Part shown: in pieces, positions 8,621-17,035 of the stretch
How the letters are laid out: the number at the start of each line of letters is the position of its first letter
Numbering within the stretch: the first letter of the stretch is position 1
Virus record (IMG/VR): IMGVR_UViG_2778261673_000008
Span: 1 to 43,490 of that record
Origin: a virus
Lineage: Duplodnaviria > Heunggongvirae > Uroviricota > Caudoviricetes
DNA length: 43,490 nucleotides
Reading direction: 5' to 3' (one strand)
Translations under genes and position numbers: made by a program
The notes under the pieces: model-generated
Seen by the model: the letters and a program-made list of their open reading frames with translations, nothing else
Databases searched by the model: none
What the model was told of the DNA's origin: nothing

Positions 8621-8965
8621 ATGAGAAAACAGATACAGGCTCTTGGTCGACTCAAAACAGGCCAGATGAACAAAACAGAATCTGCGTATTGCCAGCACCT
8701 TGAGCTGCGTAAACGTGCAGGAGAAATCGTCTGGTATCGATTTGAGGGTATCAAGTTGCGGTTAGCTGACAACACGTTCTATACGCCCGATTTTGCTGTG
8801 ATGCTCGCCACCGGCGAGATGGAACTGCACGAAGTGAAAGGTTTCTGGACCGACGACGCCAGGGTGAAAACCAAAGTCGCCGCAGATCAGTATCCGTTCC
8901 GAATCATCGGGGTAACGGTTAAACCAAAGAAAGCAGGTGGTGGCTGGAACATCGAAGAGTTCTGA
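8621..8965 (+). CDS. Small phage protein, possibly DUF1064-like nuclease fold
   Basis: 114 aa; YTPDF...ELHEVKG...D pattern; assignment by recollection only. Confidence 0.4.
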   Translation: MRKQIQALGRLKTGQMNKTESAYCQHLELRKRAGEIVWYRFEGIKLRLADNTFYTPDFAVMLATGEMELHEVKGFWTDDARVKTKVAADQYPFRIIGVTVKPKKAGGGWNIEEF

Positions 8966-9005
8966 ATCGACGATCTTTTTAGTTATCAATGTTATCAATA
9001 AGTTA

Positions 9006-9014
9006 TGTGGATAA
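9006..9014 (-). promoter_or_regulatory. Consensus DnaA box (TTATCCACA on minus strand) next to a tandem GTTATCAAT repeat
   Basis: TGTGGATAA at 9006-9014; GTTATCAAT x2 at 8982-8999. Confidence 0.35.
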
Positions 9015-9026
9015 GCGAGGGTAAAG

Positions 9027-9509
9027 ATGAAACCGAGTTATGAAGAACTTGAAGAGCAACTGAACAGATCTCGACGTCTCTGTGATGCTGCTCTGGCTAA
9101 TGAGCGGGCATGGGAAACAGCCATGATGCAGGCATGCGGTGAAGACGGTCCGAAGTCAGTAGCTGATAAGTTTGCGGAACTTGAAGCCAGATGCGCGGCG
9201 CTGGCCGCTGAGAATGCGGGGCTGAAACACGCAATGGCCGTAACTCTTGAGCATGTGTCGGTCACGGATGCAGGGCAGGCTGGTGTTGCTGCAATGATTA
9301 TCAACGATGCCCTACACCATAGCGAAACCCCAGCCACCGACGCTTTCCTGGCTGAAGTGCGGGCGCAGGCGTTTAATGACCTTTGCTCGGTGTTCGTTAA
9401 GGACGCGACGGTTGCCGGGCTGGACGATGGCGACATCGTTACGGTGAAAGAAGCGACGGACGCCCTGCTGCATTGTGCGGAACAGATTCGCAAAGGAGGC
9501 AGTCAGTGA
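9027..9509 (+). CDS. Hypothetical protein (160 aa)
   Basis: ORF with GAGGG RBS; coiled-coil-like N-terminus; no recognised domain. Confidence 0.4.
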   Translation: MKPSYEELEEQLNRSRRLCDAALANERAWETAMMQACGEDGPKSVADKFAELEARCAALAAENAGLKHAMAVTLEHVSVTDAGQAGVAAMIINDALHHSETPATDAFLAEVRAQAFNDLCSVFVKDATVAGLDDGDIVTVKEATDALLHCAEQIRKGGSQ

Positions 9510-9940
9510 GCAAAATTAATTACCAGGCACTGCGTGAGGCGGCAGAGAAAGCCGGTGAAGATAAGTGGCAGGCTAAAAAAATAAATGGTGATTTTTTCGT
9601 TATTCGTCACGGTAGTTATACAAGACAGCATGGCTACACATCGTATCAACCCATTGCGGAGATTGATTGTAAGCCAGTCCGGGATTTTGTTGCCAAGGCT
9701 AATCCGGCTATCGTGCTGGAATTACTGGATGAACTGGAAGCAGCAAAAAAGCGCATTGCAGAACTGGAAAGCAACGAAGTCCTTGAAGTCGGAAATCAGT
9801 TTCTTGTTGTTCGCCATCCTGGGAAAACTCCTGTCATTAAGCACTGCACTGGTGACCTGGAAGAGTTTCTGCGGAAGTTAATCGAACAAGACCCGTTAGT
9901 AACTATCGACATCATTACGCATCAAAGGAGAGTGATATGA
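9506..9940 (+). CDS. Hypothetical protein (about 145 aa)
   Basis: GTG start after AGGAGG, overlapping upstream stop; translation MSKINYQALREAAEKA... Confidence 0.4.
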   Translation: MSKINYQALREAAEKAGEDKWQAKKINGDFFVIRHGSYTRQHGYTSYQPIAEIDCKPVRDFVAKANPAIVLELLDELEAAKKRIAELESNEVLEVGNQFLVVRHPGKTPVIKHCTGDLEEFLRKLIEQDPLVTIDIITHQRRVI

Positions 9941-10506
9941 CCACTATAACCGATAAGAAACAGTATCCAGGCGAGCAATATCTTAATGAGCTGATCACCA
10001 ACATAGAGTTTGCGGCAAGGACACCAGTTGAAGTCGTGAGAGCAATGGCAGCAGAGCTACAGAAGCGGCGCGAAGCTGATAGTGCCGAACCTGCAAGTAA
10101 TCATGAAGAGTTGCCGCTTGATTATCTCCAAGGTCAAAAAGATGGTCTTGAATGGGCTGCGCAGCTTGCAGAAGCAAATCACCCACAAACTGGCGACTGG
10201 ATTTACGATGACCCGCTGGAGCTGGCTAAAGCTATCAGAAAAGGTCCTGACATGCCCGAATTCGATGGACCAACTCCGGTAACTCCGGATGGTTGGATAA
10301 GCTGTAGTGAGCGAATGCCGGAAGACACCAAAATGTTACTGGCATTTAGTCAAGGTCAAATAGTGGCAGCATATTGGAACTGGGTAATGAGTCCAATTGA
10401 TTACAAAAAATATAGAGCTTTCACATATTTATCAGGAAATATCTTGGATGACGTAACCCACTGGATGCCGCTGCCAGAACCGCCGCAGGAGGTTAACCGT
10501 GGCTAA
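9937..10506 (+). CDS. DUF551-like protein
   Basis: C-terminal WISCSERMPED...THWMPLPEPP is typical of DUF551 phage proteins. Confidence 0.55.
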   Translation: MTTITDKKQYPGEQYLNELITNIEFAARTPVEVVRAMAAELQKRREADSAEPASNHEELPLDYLQGQKDGLEWAAQLAEANHPQTGDWIYDDPLELAKAIRKGPDMPEFDGPTPVTPDGWISCSERMPEDTKMLLAFSQGQIVAAYWNWVMSPIDYKKYRAFTYLSGNILDDVTHWMPLPEPPQEVNRG

Positions 10507-10780
10507 CCTGCAACTTGCCGTCAAAGGTGAATACTTCGATGCCATGATTCGCAGAGAGAAAACGGAAGAGTATCGCCTGTGTAATGACTATTGGAATAAG
10601 CGCCTCGTTAACCGTAAGTATGACCGCCTGATTATCACAAAGGGATATCCGAAGCGTGACGATTCCAGCCGCAGAATTGACGTTCCGTATGGCGGATATG
10701 AAATCAAGACAATCACACATCCGCACTTCGGCGATAAACCGGTAAAGGTTTACGCGATAAAGGTAAATATTGATGGCTAA
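10499..10780 (+). CDS. ASCH/PUA-like small protein
   Basis: 93 aa; N-terminal GEYFDAMIRREKTEEYR resembles the ASCH fold pattern; AGGAGG RBS, GTG start. Confidence 0.4.
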   Translation: MANLQLAVKGEYFDAMIRREKTEEYRLCNDYWNKRLVNRKYDRLIITKGYPKRDDSSRRIDVPYGGYEIKTITHPHFGDKPVKVYAIKVNIDG

Positions 10781-11111
10781 ATCAGCAGCAGAGCGCAAAG
10801 CCGCTCAGAGAGCCAGACAAGCTGCATCCGGTGTACGTAAGCTGGAGATTGTGCTTGATGCTCAGGAAATTGAAATGCTGGAGCGTAACTGTGCCACGCG
10901 TCGCCCCGGGCGTGCGCCTTACGAATTTGGTGAGTATATAGCGTTACTGATCCGCCAGGATGATGCACGCGTGCGCGGGCGTATAAAATCGATCAGCAGA
11001 AAACGTTGCGGTAAGTGCGGCGAGAGAGTTCCAGTTAATTCATGCCCGTGTAATGGTGACTCGCAATGCTGGGTGACTAAAGGCTGGCATGAAACGAAAT
11101 TAATAGTGTGA
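10770..11111 (+). CDS. Hypothetical protein with Cys-rich C-terminus (possible zinc ribbon)
   Basis: 113 aa; C-terminal CGKCGERVPVNSCPCNGDSQC; immediately upstream of the packaging genes; stop codon lies inside the palindrome GTGACATGTCACG. Confidence 0.4.
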   Translation: MMAKSAAERKAAQRARQAASGVRKLEIVLDAQEIEMLERNCATRRPGRAPYEFGEYIALLIRQDDARVRGRIKSISRKRCGKCGERVPVNSCPCNGDSQCWVTKGWHETKLIV

Positions 11112-11160
11112 CATGTCACGAGTAGATTATGCATGATGAATTTGATGTGTTTTGAATACT

Positions 11161-11186
11161 GCCGCCAACTATGGCGGCTTTATTTT
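11161..11186 (+). terminator. Rho-independent terminator
   Basis: GCCGCC-AACTAT-GGCGGC followed by TTTATTTT. Confidence 0.7.
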
Positions 11187-11196
11187 GCATGGTACT

Positions 11197-11231
11197 ATTA
11201 CCACAACGGTAACTATTACCACGGTGGTTAT
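11197..11231. promoter_or_regulatory. Two operator palindromes immediately upstream of the small terminase gene
   Basis: ATTACC ACAAC GGTAAC (11197-11213) and ATTACC ACGGT GGTTAT (11215-11231, reaching the start codon). Confidence 0.45.
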
Positions 11232-11826
11232 GATGCCTGCTGAACCTAAAACCTATAAACGCAAATCAACGCAATTTAAGCCACTAACAGCAATGCAGGA
11301 GGCTTATTGCCAGTCATACATCAAAACGCCTGAAAACCAGACTCAGGCAGCGATTAACGCAGGATTCTCCCCAAATACAGCGGCAGTTAAAGCCAGTGTC
11401 ATGATGCGCGATGAACGCATTCAAAAACGGATTGCCGAGTTGATGGAGGAGCGCAACAAACGAATGCGCGTCAGTGCTGATTACGTTCTCATGCGCCTGG
11501 TGGAGATCGACCAGATGGACGTGATCGACATCCTCAACGACGATGGGAGCCTTAAACCAATCCGTGAGTGGCCGAAAATCTGGCGCACTACGCTTAGTGG
11601 CTTTGATCTGTCATCGACCATCATGAACATGAACGAGGATTCGATAGAGACAATCCTCAAAAAAATTAAATGGCCTGACAAGGTGAAGAACCTCGAACTG
11701 ATTGGTAAGCACGTCGACGTCAACGCGTTCAAAGAACGCATGGATGTTAATGTGAATGTGACAATTGCTGATCGCATAGCAGCAGCCAGGAAGAGACTGA
11801 AAGAACGTCAGGATGGCAATCAGTGA
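11230..11826 (+). CDS. Terminase small subunit
   Basis: Start taken at MMPAEPKTYKRKS; AYCQSYIKTPENQTQAAINAGFSPNTAAVKASVMMRDERIQKRI resembles the Terminase_2 small-subunit family; stop overlaps large terminase start. Confidence 0.75.
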   Translation: MMPAEPKTYKRKSTQFKPLTAMQEAYCQSYIKTPENQTQAAINAGFSPNTAAVKASVMMRDERIQKRIAELMEERNKRMRVSADYVLMRLVEIDQMDVIDILNDDGSLKPIREWPKIWRTTLSGFDLSSTIMNMNEDSIETILKKIKWPDKVKNLELIGKHVDVNAFKERMDVNVNVTIADRIAAARKRLKERQDGNQ

Positions 11827-13298
11827 CAGATGCAGCGTTATCTCCTGAAGAGCAGTTGATCGAGGATATTGCAGGGTTCACTCACGATCCGCTTGGCTAT
11901 GCCCTCTATGCGTTCCCGTGGGGGGAAGAGGGGACTGAACTGGCACATGCTTCCGGCCCACGTCAGTGGCAGGCCGATGCGTTCCGAGAGATACGTGATC
12001 ACCTGCAGAATCCAGAGACGCGTTATCAGCCGCTTATGCTGGCACGTGCTTCTGGTCACGGTATTGGTAAATCCGCATTCATCTCAATGCTAATCAACTG
12101 GGGCATGTCCACTTGCGAGGATTGTAAGGTCGTGGTGACCGCCAACACCGACAACCAGCTACGAACGAAGACCTGGCCGGAAATTATCAAGTGGTCGAAC
12201 CTTGCTATCACGAAAGACTGGTTTACCTGTACCGCTACCGCGATGTACAGCAATGATCCTGGGCACGACAAGCGGTGGCGAGCTGACGCAATCCCCTGGT
12301 CTGAGCACAACACTGAGGCATTCGCCGGACTACACAACGAGCGCAAACGCATCATCGTGGTATTCGATGAAGCGTCGAACATTGCGGATCTGGTGTGGGA
12401 AGTTGCTGAGGGTGCGCTTACGGACGAAGACACTGAGATTATCTGGGTGGCGTTCGGAAACCCTACACGTAATACCGGGCGTTTTCGCGAATGTTTCCGC
12501 AAATACAAACACCGCTGGAAAACTGCGCAGATTGACAGCCGGACGGTGGAAGGTACTAACAAACAGCAGTTGCAGAAATGGGTTGATGACTACGGGGAAG
12601 ACAGCGACTTCGTTAAAATCCGTGTGCGCGGCATATTCCCTGATGCATCTGAATTGCAGTTTATCCCTACCGGTCTTACTGATGAGGCAATGAAACGGGT
12701 GGTAACCGCTGCGCAGGTGGCACATGCTCCGGTGATAATCGGTGTTGACCCGGCATATTCAGGCGTTGATGACGCGGTGATATACCTGCGGCAGGGGTTG
12801 CATAGTAAGGTGCTATGGACTGGCAACAAGACCACTGACGATCTGATTATGGCGAAGCGTATCGCTGACTTTGAAGACCAGTATCAGGCTGACGCGGTGT
12901 TCATCGACTTCGGTTACGGAACCGGTCTGAAGTCAATCGGTGACGGCTGGGGGCGCACATGGCAACTTGTTCCGTTCGGTGGTGCGTCAACTGACCCTCA
13001 GATGCTCAACAAGCGCGGGGAGATGTTCAACTCATGCAAGACATGGCTGAGGTTGGGCGGGATGCTGGATGACCAGGAAACAGCGGACGATCTGTCGGCG
13101 GCAGAGTACAAAGTTCGCGTGGACGGTAAAATCGTTATCGAACCGAAGGAAGATATCAAAGAACGACTTGGGCGTTCGCCTGGTAAAGGCGATGCGCTAC
13201 TGCTGACGTTTGCTTTCCCGGTGTCAAAGCGCCTGCGACTTCCCGGGCAGCAGAACCAGCAAGGCAAGGCGCTTACCGAGTACGATCCATATGCTTAG
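11823..13298 (+). CDS. Terminase large subunit
   Basis: 491 aa; Walker A-like ASGHGIGKS and Walker B-like IVVFDEA, then nuclease region; GTG start overlapping terS stop. Confidence 0.85.
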   Translation: MTDAALSPEEQLIEDIAGFTHDPLGYALYAFPWGEEGTELAHASGPRQWQADAFREIRDHLQNPETRYQPLMLARASGHGIGKSAFISMLINWGMSTCEDCKVVVTANTDNQLRTKTWPEIIKWSNLAITKDWFTCTATAMYSNDPGHDKRWRADAIPWSEHNTEAFAGLHNERKRIIVVFDEASNIADLVWEVAEGALTDEDTEIIWVAFGNPTRNTGRFRECFRKYKHRWKTAQIDSRTVEGTNKQQLQKWVDDYGEDSDFVKIRVRGIFPDASELQFIPTGLTDEAMKRVVTAAQVAHAPVIIGVDPAYSGVDDAVIYLRQGLHSKVLWTGNKTTDDLIMAKRIADFEDQYQADAVFIDFGYGTGLKSIGDGWGRTWQLVPFGGASTDPQMLNKRGEMFNSCKTWLRLGGMLDDQETADDLSAAEYKVRVDGKIVIEPKEDIKERLGRSPGKGDALLLTFAFPVSKRLRLPGQQNQQGKALTEYDPYA

Positions 13299-14113
13299 TC
13301 TTTATTTTTATCCTCGAAACCTGATAATCCAGATAGAACACCAAAGTTATTAAAAACGTTTGGCTTACCAGATTTTAATCCGGATAAGTTGTGTTGCTCC
13401 AAAAAGTTGCTAATTGTTTGGCCGTTGCCAAGTGCAAGGCTTTTTATTTGAGATTTTTCAGGGTATTTGAGTTTGTATTCGTCGAAATCATTTTGGAGGG
13501 TCTTATATGCCTCATTCATTCTTCCAAGAGTTTCCGATATCTCTTTTAATGAATGATTTAGAGCTGCTAACTGAGCACTGGCGGATCTCAATTCGTCATC
13601 TTTAGCTTTCAACTCGGCAGTCAATTCCCCCATACTATTCTTTGATCGAATAATCTCTTCTTTCATCTCTTGGATGTCTTTTTCCGCGCCAGTCTTAACT
13701 TTGTCGTATGTAACATCTTTTTTAGCCAATAACCTCTGCAGTCTTGTTTCACGCTGGATTTTTCTTGCCTTCAGGTGATTTTCGATTGAGTCATTATTAT
13801 CAAGAGGCTTTGCTTGCCATACGTTAATGATATTGTTTACCCATGGTAATAGGCAGCAGATAGCAATTACAGATAAGCATGGATAAAACATAACAGTTTT
13901 CCATGTGCTGTTATCTGAGATATATGAAATTTTATCTATTATGTTTGATTTGCTAAAAAATAGATAAAGAATTGATTTCCAGTTGAAGGCGCACCAGGAC
14001 ATAACAAAAGCACCAAGCACAGGGTTTTTGGCTCGATTCACGGCAGTATTGGCAGTAGATAAAAACAGCTCTTTGAACGATTCAAACATGCTAATTACCT
14101 TGAAGTTTTTCAT
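13295..14113 (-). CDS. AT-rich moron: membrane protein with long coiled-coil domain
   Basis: Start taken at MKNFKV; two hydrophobic segments (about residues 32-53 and 73-96), then a 130-aa K/E-rich coiled coil; opposite strand to flanking late genes; operator palindrome 4 nt upstream of the ATG. Confidence 0.5.
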   Translation of the reverse strand: MKNFKVISMFESFKELFLSTANTAVNRAKNPVLGAFVMSWCAFNWKSILYLFFSKSNIIDKISYISDNSTWKTVMFYPCLSVIAICCLLPWVNNIINVWQAKPLDNNDSIENHLKARKIQRETRLQRLLAKKDVTYDKVKTGAEKDIQEMKEEIIRSKNSMGELTAELKAKDDELRSASAQLAALNHSLKEISETLGRMNEAYKTLQNDFDEYKLKYPEKSQIKSLALGNGQTISNFLEQHNLSGLKSGKPNVFNNFGVLSGLSGFEDKNKD

Positions 14114-14116
14114 GAT

Positions 14117-14133
14117 TATACCTTTAAGGTAAT
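14117..14133. promoter_or_regulatory. Operator palindrome TATACC-N5-GGTAAT overlapping the moron promoter
   Basis: Minus-strand reading ATTACCTTAAAGGTATAATCATG: palindrome includes a TATAAT hexamer directly before the ATG. Confidence 0.45.
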
Positions 14134-14148
14134 TTGCGGTCATCAAGC

Positions 14149-14172
14149 AAAAAAATGCCCGGCGAACCGGGC
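14149..14172 (-). terminator. Rho-independent terminator between tRNA and moron
   Basis: GCCCGG-CGAA-CCGGGC hairpin with T-run on the minus strand. Confidence 0.6.
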
Positions 14173-14249
14173 GAACTGGAAGCAATGAGTTATGCCTTCC
14201 GTGGCTGTACTGGTTTACAGCATGAAGTCATCGCAATGGCGTCCTGCTG

Positions 14250-14292
14250 TAAAAAGGGCGGTGATAGTCCTTCAAGGGAAACTATCACCGCC
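14250..14292 (-). terminator. Long stem-loop / terminator 3' of the tRNA
   Basis: 12-bp stem GGCGGTGATAGT / ACTATCACCGCC with 12-nt loop, followed on the minus strand by CTTTTTA. Confidence 0.5.
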
Positions 14293-14335
14293 AAGCACCT
14301 GGAACTTCTGGCATCACGGTCCTTAGGCGTGATTC

Positions 14336-14412
14336 TGGCGTGGCATGCAGGATTCGAACCTGCGACCAACCGCTTAGAAGGCGGTTGCTCTGTCCAACTG
14401 AGCTAATGCCAC
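14336..14412 (-). tRNA. tRNA-Arg (anticodon UCU), phage-encoded
   Basis: Hand-folded cloverleaf: acceptor GTGGCAT/ATGCCAC, D-arm GCTC/GAGC, anticodon stem ACCGC/GCGGT with loop CTTCTAA, T-arm GCAGG-TTCGAAT-CCTGC, encoded CCA. Confidence 0.85.
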
Positions 14413-14733
14413 AACGCTGAGAGCACTTAGCCTGTTAAGGCGCCACACTTTGTCGCGGCTCCATAAATGCTCTCATCGTTGTACCCTCGTCTCTTCCGAG
14501 GCGTCACACCGAATCGCCGGGATGGTGAATCCCCGTGCGCGGAATAAAACCGCTCGACTTGCACATTCCGGCTACCTGGTTCGTTTGCCCGAGCAAGGGA
14601 GGGTGCCCCTTAAACGTATCCAGACCGCTATCGGCGCATGTGCCATACGCCGTACTGCTCAAAATAAAAGCTCACTCCACCTGTTCAATTTAACGACAAG
14701 CCAGTCAGGTTAATAACCGGAATGAACTCTTTG

Positions 14734-14750
14734 ATTACCTGAAAGGTAAT
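14734..14750. promoter_or_regulatory. Operator palindrome ATTACC TGAAA GGTAAT upstream of the portal operon
   Basis: Perfect palindrome; followed about 40 bp later by CATATGTGGTT and GGTAATAA, the same composite element as at 34,549-34,619. Confidence 0.5.
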
Positions 14751-14839
14751 AATTTGTGCGTTAAATGTCAACTATCTACGATAAATAAATCATATGTGGT
14801 TAAATTGGTAATAATTTAATTGCGTACGGAGTCATTGAT

Positions 14840-15046
14840 ATGTGCATGGGTAGCTCACCATCAGTGCCTGCAACACCAGAAGTTCAGGCAGCACCACAGG
14901 AGCAGGATGCCGCCGTTGTTGATGCCCGCGACGAAGAAACTCGTCGCCGTCGCGCTGCTGCTGGTCGTAGTTCTACGCTGCTTACCGGTTCTCAGGGCGA
15001 CACATCAACCGCTAATACCAGCGGTAAAACGCTGCTTGGTCAGTAA
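14840..15046 (+). CDS. Small hypothetical protein (68 aa)
   Basis: GGAG RBS; initiation region GGAGTCATTGATATG nearly identical to that of the portal gene (GGAGTCATTGAAATG). Confidence 0.4.
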   Translation: MCMGSSPSVPATPEVQAAPQEQDAAVVDARDEETRRRRAAAGRSSTLLTGSQGDTSTANTSGKTLLGQ

Positions 15047-15060
15047 CCGGAGTCATTGAA

Positions 15061-16740
15061 ATGGCGGAAACAACTAAAGAGCGATTGAACAAACAGTTCG
15101 CACAACTTGAAAGCGAGCGTCAGTCGTTCGAGCCGCACTGGCGCGAGTTGAGTGATTACATCAACCCGCGTGGTTCCCGCTTTCTGACTTCTGAGGTCAA
15201 CCGTAACGATCGGCGCAATACACGCATTATTGATTCGACCGGGACTATGGCGGCGCGCACTCTCGCCAGCGGCATGATGTCAGGCATCACAAGCCCCGCG
15301 CGTCCGTGGTTTCGCCTGGCTACGCCAGATCCTGAAATGATGGATTATGGCCCTGTTAAGTTGTGGCTTGAGGCGGTGCAGAACCGCATGAACGATATGT
15401 TCAATAAGTCGAATCTCTATCAGTCGCTGCCGCAGTTATACGGAAGCCTCGGCACATACAGCACTGGTGCAATGGCAGTGCTGGAGGATGACGAGGACAT
15501 CATTCGCACAATGCCATTCCCGATAGGCAGTTACTACCTGGCTAACTCACCTCGTGGCAGTGTGGACACCTGTTTTCGCAAGTTCTCTATGACTGTTCGT
15601 CAGCTTGTTCAGGAGTTCGGGCTAAATAACGTCAGCGAATCCGTAAAAAGCATGTGGGAAAGCGGCACCTACGAGAAGTGGATTGAAGTGATGCATTCGG
15701 TTTACCCGAACATTGACCGCGATACATCGAAGCTGGATAGCAAGAACAAGCCATTCAAATCGGTTTATTACGAGGTTGGTGGCGATAACGACAAGTTGTT
15801 GCGTGAGTCCGGATTCGATGAGTTTCCAATTATGGCTCCGCGCTGGGAAGTTAACGGCGAAGATGTTTATGGATCATCATGCCCGGGTATGCTGGCGCTT
15901 GGACCTGTTAAGGCATTGCAGCTTCTCCAGAAGCGCAAGTCGCAGTTGATTGATAAAGCCACCAATCCGCCGATGGTTGCTCCGACTTCCCTCAAGAATC
16001 AGCGCGCCTCCCTTCTTCCTGGCGACATCACGTATATCGATCAGATTACTGGTCAGGATGGCTTCAGGCCTGCTTATCTGGTTAACCCCAGTACAGCAGA
16101 TTTGGTGGCAGACATTCAGGACACTCGTCAAATCATTAACAGCGCCTACTTTGTCGATCTGTTCATGATGTTGCAGAACATCAATACCCGCTCGATGCCT
16201 GTTGAAGCGGTGATCGAAATGAAAGAAGAAAAACTTCTGATGTTGGGGCCGGTTCTGGAGCGTCTGAACGACGAATGTCTTAATCCTCTCATTGACCGCG
16301 CTTTCTCGATGATGGTGCGTAAAAACATGCTGCCGCCACCGCCTGACGCGATGGAAGGCATGCCCCTGAAGGTCGAATACATTTCCGTCATGGCTCAGGC
16401 GCAGAAGTCTATCGGCCTGTCCAGTCTGGCGTCCACGGTTAACTTCATTGGTCAACTTGCGCAAGCGAAACCAGAAGCTCTCGACAAACTCAACGTTGAT
16501 CAGGCGATCGATGCATTCGCTGATATGTCCGGAGTGTCTCCAACCGTCATTGTTCCGCAGGAACAGGTTGAGCATGCTCGCCAGCAACGGGCACAGCAGC
16601 AACAGCAGCAACAAATGATGGCGATGGGGATGGCGGCGGCACAGGGTGCCAAGACGCTAAGCGAAGCTAAAACTTCGGATCCGAGTGTTTTGTCAGCTAT
16701 GGCGAATGCAGTTAGTGGTCAGGGTGGGCAATCACAATGA
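15061..16740 (+). CDS. Portal (head-to-tail connector) protein, podovirus type
   Basis: 559 aa, T7 gp8-like size; position after the terminase genes; C-terminal Q-rich tail. Confidence 0.75.
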   Translation: MAETTKERLNKQFAQLESERQSFEPHWRELSDYINPRGSRFLTSEVNRNDRRNTRIIDSTGTMAARTLASGMMSGITSPARPWFRLATPDPEMMDYGPVKLWLEAVQNRMNDMFNKSNLYQSLPQLYGSLGTYSTGAMAVLEDDEDIIRTMPFPIGSYYLANSPRGSVDTCFRKFSMTVRQLVQEFGLNNVSESVKSMWESGTYEKWIEVMHSVYPNIDRDTSKLDSKNKPFKSVYYEVGGDNDKLLRESGFDEFPIMAPRWEVNGEDVYGSSCPGMLALGPVKALQLLQKRKSQLIDKATNPPMVAPTSLKNQRASLLPGDITYIDQITGQDGFRPAYLVNPSTADLVADIQDTRQIINSAYFVDLFMMLQNINTRSMPVEAVIEMKEEKLLMLGPVLERLNDECLNPLIDRAFSMMVRKNMLPPPPDAMEGMPLKVEYISVMAQAQKSIGLSSLASTVNFIGQLAQAKPEALDKLNVDQAIDAFADMSGVSPTVIVPQEQVEHARQQRAQQQQQQQMMAMGMAAAQGAKTLSEAKTSDPSVLSAMANAVSGQGGQSQ

Positions 16741-17033
16741 CAGATTACGAAGACGATCAACTGAAAGAAGAAAACGCCCGTAAGCAACGTGACATGGCGC
16801 AGCGTGAAATTGATGACATTCGCTTTGTCATGAGCAGTGAACAGGGGCGTCGCGTTGTCTGGTCGGTGCTGGAGAAAGGCCGTGTGTTTTCCGCTATCTC
16901 ACCGATGGACGCTATGGCAATGGCATTTAATGAGGGGCAACGCAATCTGGCGCTGGAACTGTTTCAGCGCGTTATGGCGCATTGCCCTGAACAGTATTTG
17001 AAGATGGCCAAAGAGGCCAGTGAACAGGAGTGA
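16737..17033 (+). CDS. Hypothetical protein (98 aa)
   Basis: ORF translationally coupled to the portal gene. Confidence 0.4.
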   Translation: MTDYEDDQLKEENARKQRDMAQREIDDIRFVMSSEQGRRVVWSVLEKGRVFSAISPMDAMAMAFNEGQRNLALELFQRVMAHCPEQYLKMAKEASEQE

Positions 17034-17035
17034 TC

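Noticed and set aside
14134-14406. 90-aa plus-strand ORF from the six-frame track
   Set aside because: It overlaps the tRNA gene and two terminator hairpins on the opposite strand and has no RBS; almost certainly spurious.
14336-14412. tRNA-Arg as the host attachment site (attB) of the prophage
   Set aside because: The tRNA is flanked on both sides by phage genes (large terminase/moron and portal), about 14 kb from the integrase, so it is phage-encoded cargo and not the integration target.
15877-16614. 245-aa minus-strand ORF inside the portal gene, and similar antisense ORFs (9038-9493, 12056-12562, 19273-19752, 20285-20989, 24080-24697, 27086-27562)
   Set aside because: All are antisense to long coding regions whose products have clear phage character; they are reading-frame shadows with low-complexity translations.
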